DNA from: Bigelowiella natans CCMP2755
Taxonomy: Eukaryota > Protista > Cercozoa
Direction of reading: 5' to 3'
NCBI GenBank assembly: GCA_000320545.1
Contig: ADNK01002490.1
Location: 1 to 64,000 of the forward strand
Length of the DNA stretch: 64,000 bases
Both the position numbers and the translations under genes were made by a program. Position 1 is the stretch's first letter. Each line of letters begins with the position of its first letter. The notes beneath the pieces were generated by a model. The model made no database searches. It was not told where the DNA came from and saw only the letters and a program-made list of their open reading frames with translations. Below are positions 37,650-49,951 of this stretch, in pieces.

Positions 37650-39305
37650 GAGATGGGACCCGGGCGCGATGGTCTACACAAAGCTGGTCTTATCTTCGTT
37701 AACTAATGTTCTACACGCTGAACACCCGAATTGATAAAGAAAATTTCGAATCTTTTCGAAAACATACTAATGGTCATCAGTGAGAGCGTATCGGGAGAGG
37801 GAGAGAGGTGAGGATGGCCACACGTACTTCAGGAACAAGAACCGCAAGGTCGTCTTTAATATGAATTATGATGAGGCTATAAGTAGACGAAACCAGACTT
37901 ATCAATTAGACGCAAAAATCTATGTCTCAGGTCAAAGAGCAGCAAGAGGAAGCTGTTAAGGGTGCAGAAACCAACCTCATTTTCAAGAAGTGGGTCGAAT
38001 CTATGATAGCTTATGAACAATCCAAGAACTCACATTTTGAAATTCTCAGTGTCGTAGTATACGTTAATGGCTATACACGCCCATCGGCACGGGAGTTAGA
38101 AACGCTCGTATGGAGGTACTGTAACTAACGGTTTCTTTTCCAAAGCTAAGTCATAGAACTTGTTCTCAGATATGGGGGACAAGTGGAGAAAATGGACAGC
38201 TCCCGGGTCACCCATATGGTATGAGATAATGTGAATGCAGTGCAATCACTGTTTCTAACCAGTAAATTTTGCTTTCTTAAAATGAAGATTGCGAACACGC
38301 TCCCCTCGGCAAAAATCTGGCGCATAGTAGAGAAAAAATCCATCCATAAACCGGTTTGTAAATCCCACTGACTCTTTCATTGTAAGATTTTATCGTTCTG
38401 AGTATCTTTGCATTGGCATGACTGGTTGCTTGCATTGATCTTCACACTCTTCTTACGACGCAGATCGTCAGACCAGAGTGGGTGCTTGACAGCGTGCGGC
38501 AAGGAAAGCTACAGGCGCCCGCGTCATACTTGCTTACGCAGCTCGCTCCAGGCCGAACTGTCTCACAAATGTTCCGTCGTCAGGATGTAAGAAAAGCACA
38601 GCTCGCTCCGGGCCAACCTATATCGCAAATATTTCGTCGCAAGGATGTAAGGTTAGAAGGGGGCGCAGGCACCACCTCCGAATCAGGGACGTGTAGAGCG
38701 AGAGCTGGGTACAAGAGGACTAGGATAAGCGGGACCAGCGGCAGAACGAAGCAAGAAGTACAGAGAGATTTTAGTCACAACTGTCACAGCACAAGCACAA
38801 GCACAGGCGTTGATACTTCGTCTGTCTCACGAGAAGTGGAAGAAGAGAAGCAGGTGGAGGAGGAGAATACGAAAGTACGACCCCGAAAAAGCAGCAACTT
38901 TGTAAAGGCGCAACCATTACAGGAGGATGCGACTCGAGAGCGAAAGTCGTGCGCCAGCCGAACCACGAGATCGAGCCCACATCGAAGCATTTCTTCCCAA
39001 AGACCGGTGCCTGGAAATGAAGAGAAGGATAAAATACGAACGGAGGCAATAATTGGTGCTGATTCTAAAATTGTTCCACTGCCATCTGATACAGCGGATG
39101 GTATTCATACGGCTGCTCCAACTGCTAGTTCGCTACCCTCTTCTTCTTCTTCTTCTTCTTCTTTTGTTCCTGCGAATTCTATTGCTGCAGCTGACGCTGT
39201 CGTCGCGGACTTACAAACGGTGACAGCTTCATCGGCATCCTCACCGTCTTTTCCGCATCTTCCCTCTTCTTCTTCTACATTTTTTCCCTCCTCCTCCACT
39301 CCCTC

Positions 39306-39336
<31 letters not shown>

Positions 39337-40970
39337 CTAGTATCTGCACGGCCTTGGTTCAGTATGGAGAAGGGAGCCGATTGGGAAAGAGTTCTACGCG
39401 ATCTGGGCTTGCGATCTGCAAGCATCGATAGAAGGATTATCACTAGCAATGAGAAAATTTCCCATGGTGCTGCTACACCCACTCCATTAGACCCTTTGAC
39501 GCCCCTTCCTCCTCCCCCTCCTCCTCCTCCTCCACGTCCTTCCCATTCTGTTACTGCTTCGACTGCACAACAGCCCCTTTCATTCAGAGTTCTGAGCTCT
39601 CGAAGCGGCAGCCTTAGCGGTAGCACTAGTAATTTTCGCAGCAGAAGCAGTACGGCCTCAAGTACACATGAGCGTGTATATCGACGGCACATCATGGCAT
39701 CCTTTATTCCATTCAACCGTTCGCTTCTCGTGGTCCAGGATACGTTGTCCTCCGGTGCACAAGGTTGTTTGAAGGGCTACTTTCCAGCACTGTGCTTGTG
39801 TGCGTGTATGCGTGTGTGCGTGTTTATCTCTAGCATCTGATGTCGAATCACACTATTTTTTACTACTACTGAAAGGTGGGGGAGAATGTATCCTTTACGT
39901 TAAAGTAAAAGCTCCGGTGGACGAGGAATGTGTGGTTGGTTGTGCTGATAAAGACCGACCACAGGATCTACTAACAGGGCAATTAACAGCGAAAAGAAAA
40001 GGGGAAGAAAAAGCAGTAGTTGGACCGCCACCATCACCCACGATGCTTGAGTCAACAGTAACAACGAAGAATAAGAAAAGTAGCTCTTCTGCTTTTAGGG
40101 CCCCTCATATCACCCTCTACAATGTTCTGGGACAATTCACTGACCATATCGAGCCAGTATCCGGCTTAGAGGTACGACTTAGGAAGGGGGGAGGTTCGGT
40201 ATTGAGCTTTATTGAGATCATAAAATTTTAATACTACACTTTAAGACCGATGCGAACATGGTGTTTTGTGCTGTACTTCTTGTAACAAGCAAGGATTAAC
40301 AACATGCCTTCCTTGTTTGTGATCGGTGGGATAATTTGGGGGGGGGGGATTGCGGTCAGGCCTACGCTCATTTTCCAGTCCCCATATTGGAATCCGGAGC
40401 ATCTTGCATCGCCTGCAAGATCGCAGATGCGTTTGGAGATGCAGAAAGGAAGAGTACATCGTCTGTAAAGAAGAAGAGATTGAATCAGCAGCAGCAGCAG
40501 CAGCAGCAGCAGGAATGGAAGCGACATCATCAACAGCAACCACAGCAGCAACAACTACCACAACAGCCACGACAAATCGTTCTTTACGGACTAGGAACCA
40601 CGCGCCTGCAGGCATATTTGAACGCTCACCGTCGCTTTCACGACACTGCTGCGACAGCGGCTAAAATCGGCAAGGCGGCCCCAAAACGTGATAGATACAA
40701 TGATCAGAAACTGCTTCTATCAGAACTTCCGCATATAGGTCACATATTGCGGTCAAAGCTCCAAAAGGCAGGAATTCTCTCCCTTTCGGAAATGCGTATT
40801 TACATCAAAAAGGCTGTTGTAGCTTTGGGAGGTAGGAAAGATGGAAAAGAAAATAGCCTCTCATCAGATCGAAGTGCAGAGGTCAAGCTGCTTTTCAGTC
40901 TTCTTCATGGTGATAACCGTCGCCAAACCAATGCAAGTCCCAGCTGCACGCCCACTCGTAATCCTATGCG

Positions 40971-41022
<52 letters not shown>

Positions 41023-42828
41023 CGTGTGTGTGTGTTTATGCCGTATAAACGAGTATTCATTTTGTTCGAAGTTTGAATTTCTTGAGAGAAGTTGATGAGC
41101 ACAAACATTACACCCAGCGGCCACCACCCACCAACACCTGTGTTGATGCGTTGATCAGATTACGGATCTAAAGGAGGGGGTGAAAGAGGAGGAGGAGGAG
41201 AAGAAAGCGGGCAACAGTTGATCGATCCAGATGTCCTAGCCGCACTTATCCCCACTTCCCTATCAGCATCATCGTCCCTTCCATCACCACGTAGACAGGA
41301 TGGAGAAGATAGCAACAACCAGCAGCGGCAGCATAGGCTGCTGCATAAGCAACTAAAACCCCCTCCCGACAAGGATATGATAATAGATACTGATGTGGAG
41401 GCAGTCGTATCAGCTTCTACGGATCCTCACTCTGCTCAAGAACCTACAATAAATCGTAGCAACGACGATGCTCAGCAGCAACGACAACAACAGCAGCAGC
41501 AGCAGCAGCAGCAGCATCAACCCGCACAAGAAGCCACAGGGTCATTCATGGCATCATCTGGATCATCAAATCGCCTCGATCTTCGCGGGCAGCGACAGCG
41601 AAAACCAGGGCTAAGACGGGATTGGAATGCGCTACCTGCGTTCCACGAGCTAAGCAAGGACGTTGTCCGAGAGCTCCCAAAGCACATCCGCCAGGAGTTG
41701 GCAGCTTGGTATAAGAAGCAGCACTCTGCTAGCGCCGAACCCAAGAAGAAGGAGAACGATGGCAGCGCAAGTAGCGGAGGGGGGAATCATGATACTGCGG
41801 GTGCTAATAGTGGACATGCAGTCAATGATAGCAATTATCAACGAGCGGGAGGCGGTGGTAATGAAGATGTTAGCGGTGAGGGGCCGCATTCCGGCCTACT
41901 ATTTCACCAGCAGCAAAAGGAAAAGAAGAAGAGGAAGAAGCGATATCGACCGCCTAGCTTCGCAGAGATGGACCCTGAATTTATCAAAGAGCTGCCAGAA
42001 AGCATTCGCCACGAGATCGAGCAGCAGCAGCAGGAGCTCGAAAGGAGGAGAAAGAGACAGCGTGCTCGGGCGACGACAACACGGGCGATGACGAAGCCCA
42101 TTGGGGAGTACATGAAAGCTGTGAGTACCACGAAAACCACCTCCTCCACGATGCCCACAAAATCGCATACTATATCATCGGCAACAGTTCCAGTAGGGAA
42201 CGACGGCTTTATGAAGAAGTCTAAGAAGAAGGAAAAAAAGAGAAGAATAAGGAGTTTGGCAAGCGAAATCTCAGTCTTGCAGCTAGACCCCGCAACGATG
42301 GCTGAGCTACCAGAGAGCATTCGAGAGGATCTTCTGAGATCTCTTGGTCGCCGTCGACGTCAAAACAAGAATAGTGGGGGGGGGAGTAGAAGAGAAGGGA
42401 TACAGAAGATACGGCAGAAGTCACAGCGCAACTATGGCACGACTCTCACTAGCTCGTCATCATCCTCCCCCTTGAAAGTGACCCGTAATAGCGTGGAAGA
42501 AGAAGGACGCGACAGCGGCTCACACCTCTTCCCCTCCTCCTCTCTGCTACTTGCTCCAGACTCCAGTATCCGTGAGATGCTAGCTGCTCTCTTTGGCCAA
42601 ATGGGCAACGAAAAAGATGCTGTGGGCGGGCTGCGAAGAGCCTTGTGCCAACTTCTCGAGTTCGAGGGGGACATGTGCACGGTGCAGAAGGTGCTCATCT
42701 CTCTCAGAGTTTTGGCGCAGTATGGAAAGGTTTCTAAGGGGGCGTATAACCAAGTGCTTATGGAAGTTCAAGCGAAGGTTTGTGACGACTTCGGGGCGAG
42801 GCTAGCAGAACCAGCACCTCTTCTATGA
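37650..42828 (+). CDS. REV1: REV1-like protein with degenerate polymerase domain
   Basis: BRCT (IFKNVVVYVNGYTRPSAREL...YGG...VTHMIANTLP...IVRPEWVLDSVRQGKL), thumb (SELPHIGHILRSKLQKAGI), UBMs (DPEFIKELPESIRHEI etc.) and a REV1 CTD-like C-terminus (...EVQAKVCDDFGARL). Confidence 0.88.
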
Positions 42829-44596
42829 TGCTTGTGTGGATAATAATTTTGAATAGTTGCTCGCTCCTTGAGCGACGGATTTGTGTGGCACAAGCGTGGC
42901 CTTATACACCTTGTTCTTCATATAAATCTAAAAAATAAAATAAGTGAAAAGCGATGGATCATTATTGCTCACAAAACCAATCGCGACAACACTCTACGAA
43001 CAAAATCAGAATCGGAATCTATCATGCATGCGCGCTAGCGCGAGCATGCGTATGTAGATGCACCATGCTATCTCATAGTCTAGTAGTGTGCGCAGATGCG
43101 CAATGAACGGCTAGACAAAAATGTGTCACAAAATGTGTATTTCAGTGCCGCATCTCCCAACAAAACTGCGACGCTACGCACAATGGTGGAATGCTTGCAT
43201 GCATGTGCAGTCTGTGCAGTCGCTACGACGCACAAAACAAGCATGCTCTTATCATTAGCTAGTTAGCCTTCCTCAAATTACAGCTAGCCGCAAGCAAGCA
43301 CGATGTCGTGCAGACAATCTGCGTGACACACACATCTAGACATTGTAAGCACACACGTTCACTCTGACTGACTGTCAACACATTGCACATCACACGTCCG
43401 GACGTGCATGCTGTACACATGCAACAACAGCACTGACTTTGCAGCTGTACATGTGATGCGGCGGCGGCGCCGCAGTGAACCCATGATCGCATTGATGTGC
43501 GATCGCACATGTCTAGACGTGTGCGTGATTATTGTGCTTGTTGCGATCGTAATAAAATGCTATGCGTGCATTGCTAGATTGCCTTTGTTGTGAATGCAAC
43601 TTAGCTAGATTGCACCCGTTGCACATCTGCAATTGCAAAGGTGCACAAGACAAATTCCGACCAGCACAGTATGCGGCATGCACTTCATCGAACGTGTTGC
43701 TAGATTTAGCCAGCGCTAGCATGCCTCCACAGTAGCACACAGCGCGACGCAGCAATGAGAAATGTGCAGTGACACAAGCTGTCTAGCTGTGCACATGACG
43801 AATGCTACACATGTTTGTTTTCTTGTGTCACACCGCGCGGCATGCGATGTCACGTGCTCCCGTGCACGCTGCAGCTACAGACGCTCTAGCGCTGAATCGT
43901 TAGATCGCACAATTCGTGTGCGCATGTGCGTGTGTGTCGATCTCACTGCAGCAGTGATGGCGTCAAAACGTTGCTAGCAGACAAATGAACAACCAAACAG
44001 GACTGGAGGAAGAACTAGAGAACGCACGACATGCATGAACGCCTCATCATTGTCAGATCTTGCAGCAAGCAAGCTTCGAAGGGGAACGTAGAGGAACATC
44101 GCCGTGGTGGAGCTCGAAGGATGAGCATGCTAGCATGTGCATCAGTTGCCAAACAGGGCTTGTCGAGTTGTGTCCTGTTCAATCCTGTCGCAAAATGACT
44201 GAGACAATGACGCTCATTGACGTGCAACCATGCACGGGCAGAAGTAACAACAGCAGGTAAGCATCGAGGTGCTGCCTCGAGCTCCTGCACGCTAGGGTTT
44301 TGTCCAGACTGTATTTTGAGGATCGCTGAAAATGGAGAGAGCGGCGCTTCTCGCTGTTGCTGCAAAACGTCCCACACTCTAACGAGTTACGCAATGAAGA
44401 CATCCGTAAAGCCTCCTCAGCAGTTACAAAACAGGTCAAACTGCAGCTGCCAGCACAAATTAAGGCAATTTATCAACATATGTGATTACATCATTTTCAA
44501 ATTACTGGCGCTTGCGGCGGCGGTCCCGCGCGGCGCAACCCGCACATAGCAGCGCTTCAGTCAATTTGAAGCTGATCAGGGAGTGGATATAATATG

Positions 44597-44638
<42 letters not shown>

Positions 44639-44747
44639 CTAAGAATAAAGTAGGCGTAGTATCTTTTAATAATGAGAGCTGTTATTTTCCCAGTTTACAT
44701 CCATTACCATTGCGACATTATCCGCATTAGCGAAACTCCCGTACGCT

Positions 44748-45507
44748 TCAATTAAATTTAATCTTCCACCCCCCAGCTATTGGCACCTCGGGTTTTCGTA
44801 CTATGAGGACATCTCGGTTAGCCCCGCTTACGACAAGACCCAGATCCGTTTCCTGATTTCCAGTTACGGAAACCGCGGACATCGCCGAGAGTTGTTCCAT
44901 GCTTCCCAAGCCAACGACGACAATGCGCTCGATCACATTGGCGGTTTCGAAACCCGTGTCTTGGATAGTCTGGGCTGATAGAACCATCTTTGCGAAAGAG
45001 AACTCCACACGTTTCAGCTTGCTGTAGATGGTAACAACATAACAGCGGCACAATATTTTAGCGCTCATTCAGTCAAATACCAGCAGGTGCATATATGCAG
45101 CAAAGAAACGATGTATTTCTAAATGGCCAAGTGCGGAACGCTCTTGAGAAACACAAACCTGTTCATCGACTCGCCATCATCGAGGTATATGCTACCGGAG
45201 GCTGTTTTCCCAGCATCAAGAATCACATACAATGTGTACGGATCCTTCTTCATTACTAGACTGTTACGACGCGCGCGCTCCTTCGTTGGGATAATGCGGC
45301 CGCCTCGGAAGTAAATTGGGATCTTCTCAAGCGGTGCCTTGACCGTGGCAGTGCGTGGCCCTTCGAATTTGTGGAACGTCTGCCAATCGTACCTGAAAAA
45401 AAAAACCCCGCTATCATCACAAATCATCATCATAATGCCATTCCTTTGCATCACGCGTTCAACGATGCACACATCCTCACCATGCACCACCGGTATAATT
45501 TGCACAT

Positions 45508-45541
<34 letters not shown>

Positions 45542-48500
45542 AGGAATTGGTCTCACTGTGTTGTGTACCATTGGCCTTCTGGGAAATACACGCTGGCAGT
45601 TGTCGCACCCTCTTCTACGACAGGCTTCACCAGGACGCTATCCCCGAACATAAACTCGTCGTCCTTGGCCGCCACTGTCTTGTCGCTCGGAAACTCGAAG
45701 TACAAGGGCCTCATCACGGGCACACCTTCCGTCGATGCCTCATGGAATAGCGAATAGACGTATGGCAGCAGTCGGTACCTATGGGGGGAGGAGGATAAAT
45801 CAAGGCAGGAGGAAAACTTAGTTATGTTTATCAGAGATATCAAAACTCATATCTTCTCATGTTCCACTACCACTACAACAACAACAACTACTACTACTAC
45901 TGCTACTACAATATCCATCCCCACTGACGACGCAACCTGGTGCGAATAGCCTCACGAATGAGGGACGTCCACGGCTCTCCAAAGAGCCAAGGTTCCCTTC
46001 TCTTCGTGTCGATGTGACCGTGGCCGCGGAAGAAAGGATAGAACGCGCCCACCTGATACCATCGAAGCAACAACTCCCGGTTCGGATCGCCAAAAAATCT
46101 GAGGAAGAGGAATGAAGAAAGATAGATAATTACCATGTCTCACTTCAAAATCATAGAACATATGAAAAATCACAGTATCCTATCATTATCACCCCCACCA
46201 TCATCACCACCATAATCATCATTAGCGTAGTAGTCGTGTGTGCAGCAGCTCTAGTATCATCTCGCAGATTAAACGTGTAAAGACTACCCTCCGACATCGG
46301 CCCCAGCAAACGGAAAACCACAGATTCCCATGGAGAGAAGCATTGGAACACTGTCGCGGAGATGACCCCACTCTGCCTTGTTGTCTCCTGTCCACATCGC
46401 CCCGAAACGCTGCGATCCCGCAAAGAAAGACCTCGTCAGCACAAACGGTCGCTTAGACAGACGCTTTGCCTGCCCGTGCCATGTGCCCTTGGCCACCTTT
46501 TTTATACCACATAGCAATCCGATGAGGGGAGGAGGAGGAGGAAGATAAAGAGGTACTAAAATCAAGAGCGACGACGAAAATGAGGGAAAAGGTGCTGAGA
46601 GAGAAGCAAATAGAAGAAAACACACGTACCATATATAGTCTCTGGAATATATAACGTGTGAATCCCCCCCCCCTCCCCATCCCAAAGAACACGCAGGAAC
46701 CCACGCCTGCCTGCCTTCTCACAACCAACCTGCATGCCGTATAGATTATGAACGTCGCGGTGCTCGACGTCGCCGTAGTGTAGCGCTTGCTTTTTCATCG
46801 TCACCTCTGGGCCATTGAACACCGATGGCTCGTTCATGTCATTCCAAGTGTACAAGATATCCGTCGACCCCTCATACTGGTCAAACGAGAACCTATCCAG
46901 GTGCGGGGGGAGGCAAGCAAGCAATACAAATAAAACCAAAAAATACCAATCAAATGAATGATAAAATGAATAATACCACAAAAACGAGACCTATGCAACA
47001 ATGAGCTAAGTGGCGACAAGCAGCAGCTGCAGCTGCTGCTGCTGCGTTCTCTTCGCGCACACGCTACCCCCTCTTCCTGGCTACTTATTCTCATTACTTG
47101 TCGGCCCAGTACTGAAGTGTATTAGGATTGAAGAAGTCGAGGTAGGAGACGGAACCTGGCCAACACCACCCTTCATACGGCTTGCTCCCGGAACCATCCT
47201 TGACGTACAATCCTTGAGCCTGATGATGGCGACGACGGTGATGATGATGGTGATGATGAAGATAACGAGAAAAAGAAAGACGAAGGACGAGCACATGCAT
47301 GCGCATGATCTTTCACTACACTTCAACGACGTCAACGTACTGCAACAATTACTACTACTACTACTACTACACACACACACACACACACACCTCTGCATCC
47401 TTGTGCACGTGATAGCCATTGTCACGTTTGATGTGCGGATCGATGATGGTAACCATCTTCCGACCCTTCGCCTTGAGGCCTTCTTGCATCTGTACTGGAT
47501 TGGGAAACAAGCTCTTATCCCATGTGAAATACTTCTTGCCATCGGTGTGCTCAATATCGAGCCACAATGTGTCGTATCTGAAGATAGGGAGGGAAGGAGG
47601 GAGTGAGGGGGAGGAGTACCGCACTCAATTATTGAAGAAACAATGCCAGCAGAAGGAGAAGAAGAAGGTGTTGAAACAGAAAATGTTGATGATTGTAAAT
47701 GCATAATGATATAATCCCCTATCACCTCTACGTTCCCTCATATACTCTGAGAGATCTTATGCTACCCGTTCTTCCTCTCCACCCTCCTCCTCCTCAAAAA
47801 TATCCCCCCCTCCTCATTATTACGGGATATCATGAGTATCAAAGCCTGCATCGACTTGCTTCACGTCGGCCTCATCCTTATAATTCCAGCGACACTGGTG
47901 GTATCCGAGAGAAAACTCCTGAGGAAGGGCCTGGAAGCCGGTCAACAATGCGTATTCCTTCGCGACGGCCTTAGGATTCTCGCCCAGCATTACAAACAAG
48001 TCGATTGTGCCGGATTCGCTTATCCAGTGAGCAACCTTGGCGGGGGTGGATGGGACACACACACAAACACACACACACACGCATTAAACAAACATATATA
48101 GTACCATCATGTGATGATGGACGTAGAAATCAATGAGAATGGAGTTGACACGAAGGGAACAAAACGCTATCTGATCTGGAGGCTCCACCACCATCCTCCT
48201 TCTCCTCATCATCATTGCTACCGCCACAACCACGGAATCACGCTCATTGTTCATTACGAATACATACAGCATGGGCACAAAGCAGCCTGTATGCTGCTAC
48301 CTTGCCCCTGGAGCCATCTGCGACGTCAATAAATGTTTCCGCGGAGTTTAGCCAGAAAGACGATACGCTTCCTGATTGACGATGAAGCAACCGTTGTTTG
48401 ATGGCAGTTTAGTAGTGTATTTGAAAAGTCCATAATGTTTTTTTCTCTAATACCACCTTCTCATCATTACCACCATCGCTGTAATCAACATCACAGAAAG

Positions 48501-49005
48501 CAGTTACTATCATTCAACAACGACGTACCTCTATCCGAATGCGCGGTTATGAGCGGAATAGCGCCGTAGAGGGCCATGGTTTCGTCGAGCTCGTACCTGA
48601 AGAATTGCCATTACTCCATTACTCAGTAGTACTACCTACCCTTCCTATTTTCTCTATCACCCTTCTCTGACGAAATCATCAGAACCAGCGGGTCGCTCGC
48701 TACTACTACTACTACTACTACTGCTGCTGCTGCTATGGCTAAACTACTACTATCCTATTAGTATATATTTTGTGGCAATAATACTCAAAGACGTCCAAGT
48801 TGTAGAGCCTATACGGGTCTGAGTACTTTCCACCTTTGACCGTGTTCTGCAGCGCCATCGATGATGCGTGCTACTCGTTATTCATTCATCCATCATCATA
48901 CCACAGATAATTAGTACCAAAGTTGAGTGTATTGATGATCATTTCGTGGTGACTCCGGGTTGGAGCGTTTGGATACATGCACCGATCAGCACACAAATGC
49001 GCGTG

Positions 49006-49077
<72 letters not shown>

Positions 49078-49627
49078 CCTCGGCGAGGCCATAAATCGTC
49101 GAGGCTCCGTCATATGTGACATCCATTGCTACCGCAGCAGGACCCCTGGGCTTTGGATCTGTGTGTCCCCCAAAGCTCTCCTCCCACATGCCCTCCTCGG
49201 CGGGGGGGTATCTACATGCGTTGTTGTTGTTGTTGTTGCACATAGGCAAAACGGGTTCAAATAGCAGAAGACACATCAGTGAGATAAGATGAAGCGGCAG
49301 ACGCCATTGATGATGTCGGAGTTATGTATGTAATAATGGGGGATGGCTGGGATCATGTCTCTTCATATGCAGCTATGATGCTGTGGAGTGAGGGGATATT
49401 ATGCGTTTTAATATATCTTGCTAGGTGCAAAAATTGGGCATATTTCTAATTTGTGAAGATCTGCGCGTCGTACATGGAATCAGCAGTTTTAGGTTCAATC
49501 GCGGCAGGACGTGTAGTCGCGTCCGAGGGGTCGCCTACGATCTCAACTTCTTCCTCGTCAATTGTAAATCCACTGTCTTCTATCCAATCCTAGAGATTCG
49601 TGGAGAAATACGCATGAATGATGTCAA

Positions 49628-49661
<34 letters not shown>

Positions 49662-49910
49662 GATGATGATAGTAGTGATGATGATTACGACAACGAATTA
49701 CGCGAGAATACATCCTAATACTTGAGCCCATGTGCTTCACAACCTCAGAATCTCCGTCAAAGTACGACCAAACACTGTCAATCGCATCCGGTGATTGCGC
49801 TTTGTTCTTAGTGTAAACCCAAACATTTGAGTCTCCCGGTGTTGGACCCAATGCCCACGCGTCGTCCTCGGTGCTTTAGTAAATAATATCGAGCATACAA
49901 ACAAACAAAA

Positions 49911-49951
<41 letters not shown>

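Larger units (their letters stand above)
23470..49950. repeat. Dense intronic microsatellites: (TA)n, (CA)n, (GA)n, (GAT)n, (TAG)n, (AAT)n, poly-G
   Basis: Examples: (TA)n 35879-35930, (GAT)n 25938-25980, (AAT)n 30519-30552, (CA)n/(GA)n 49007-49077. Confidence 0.9.
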
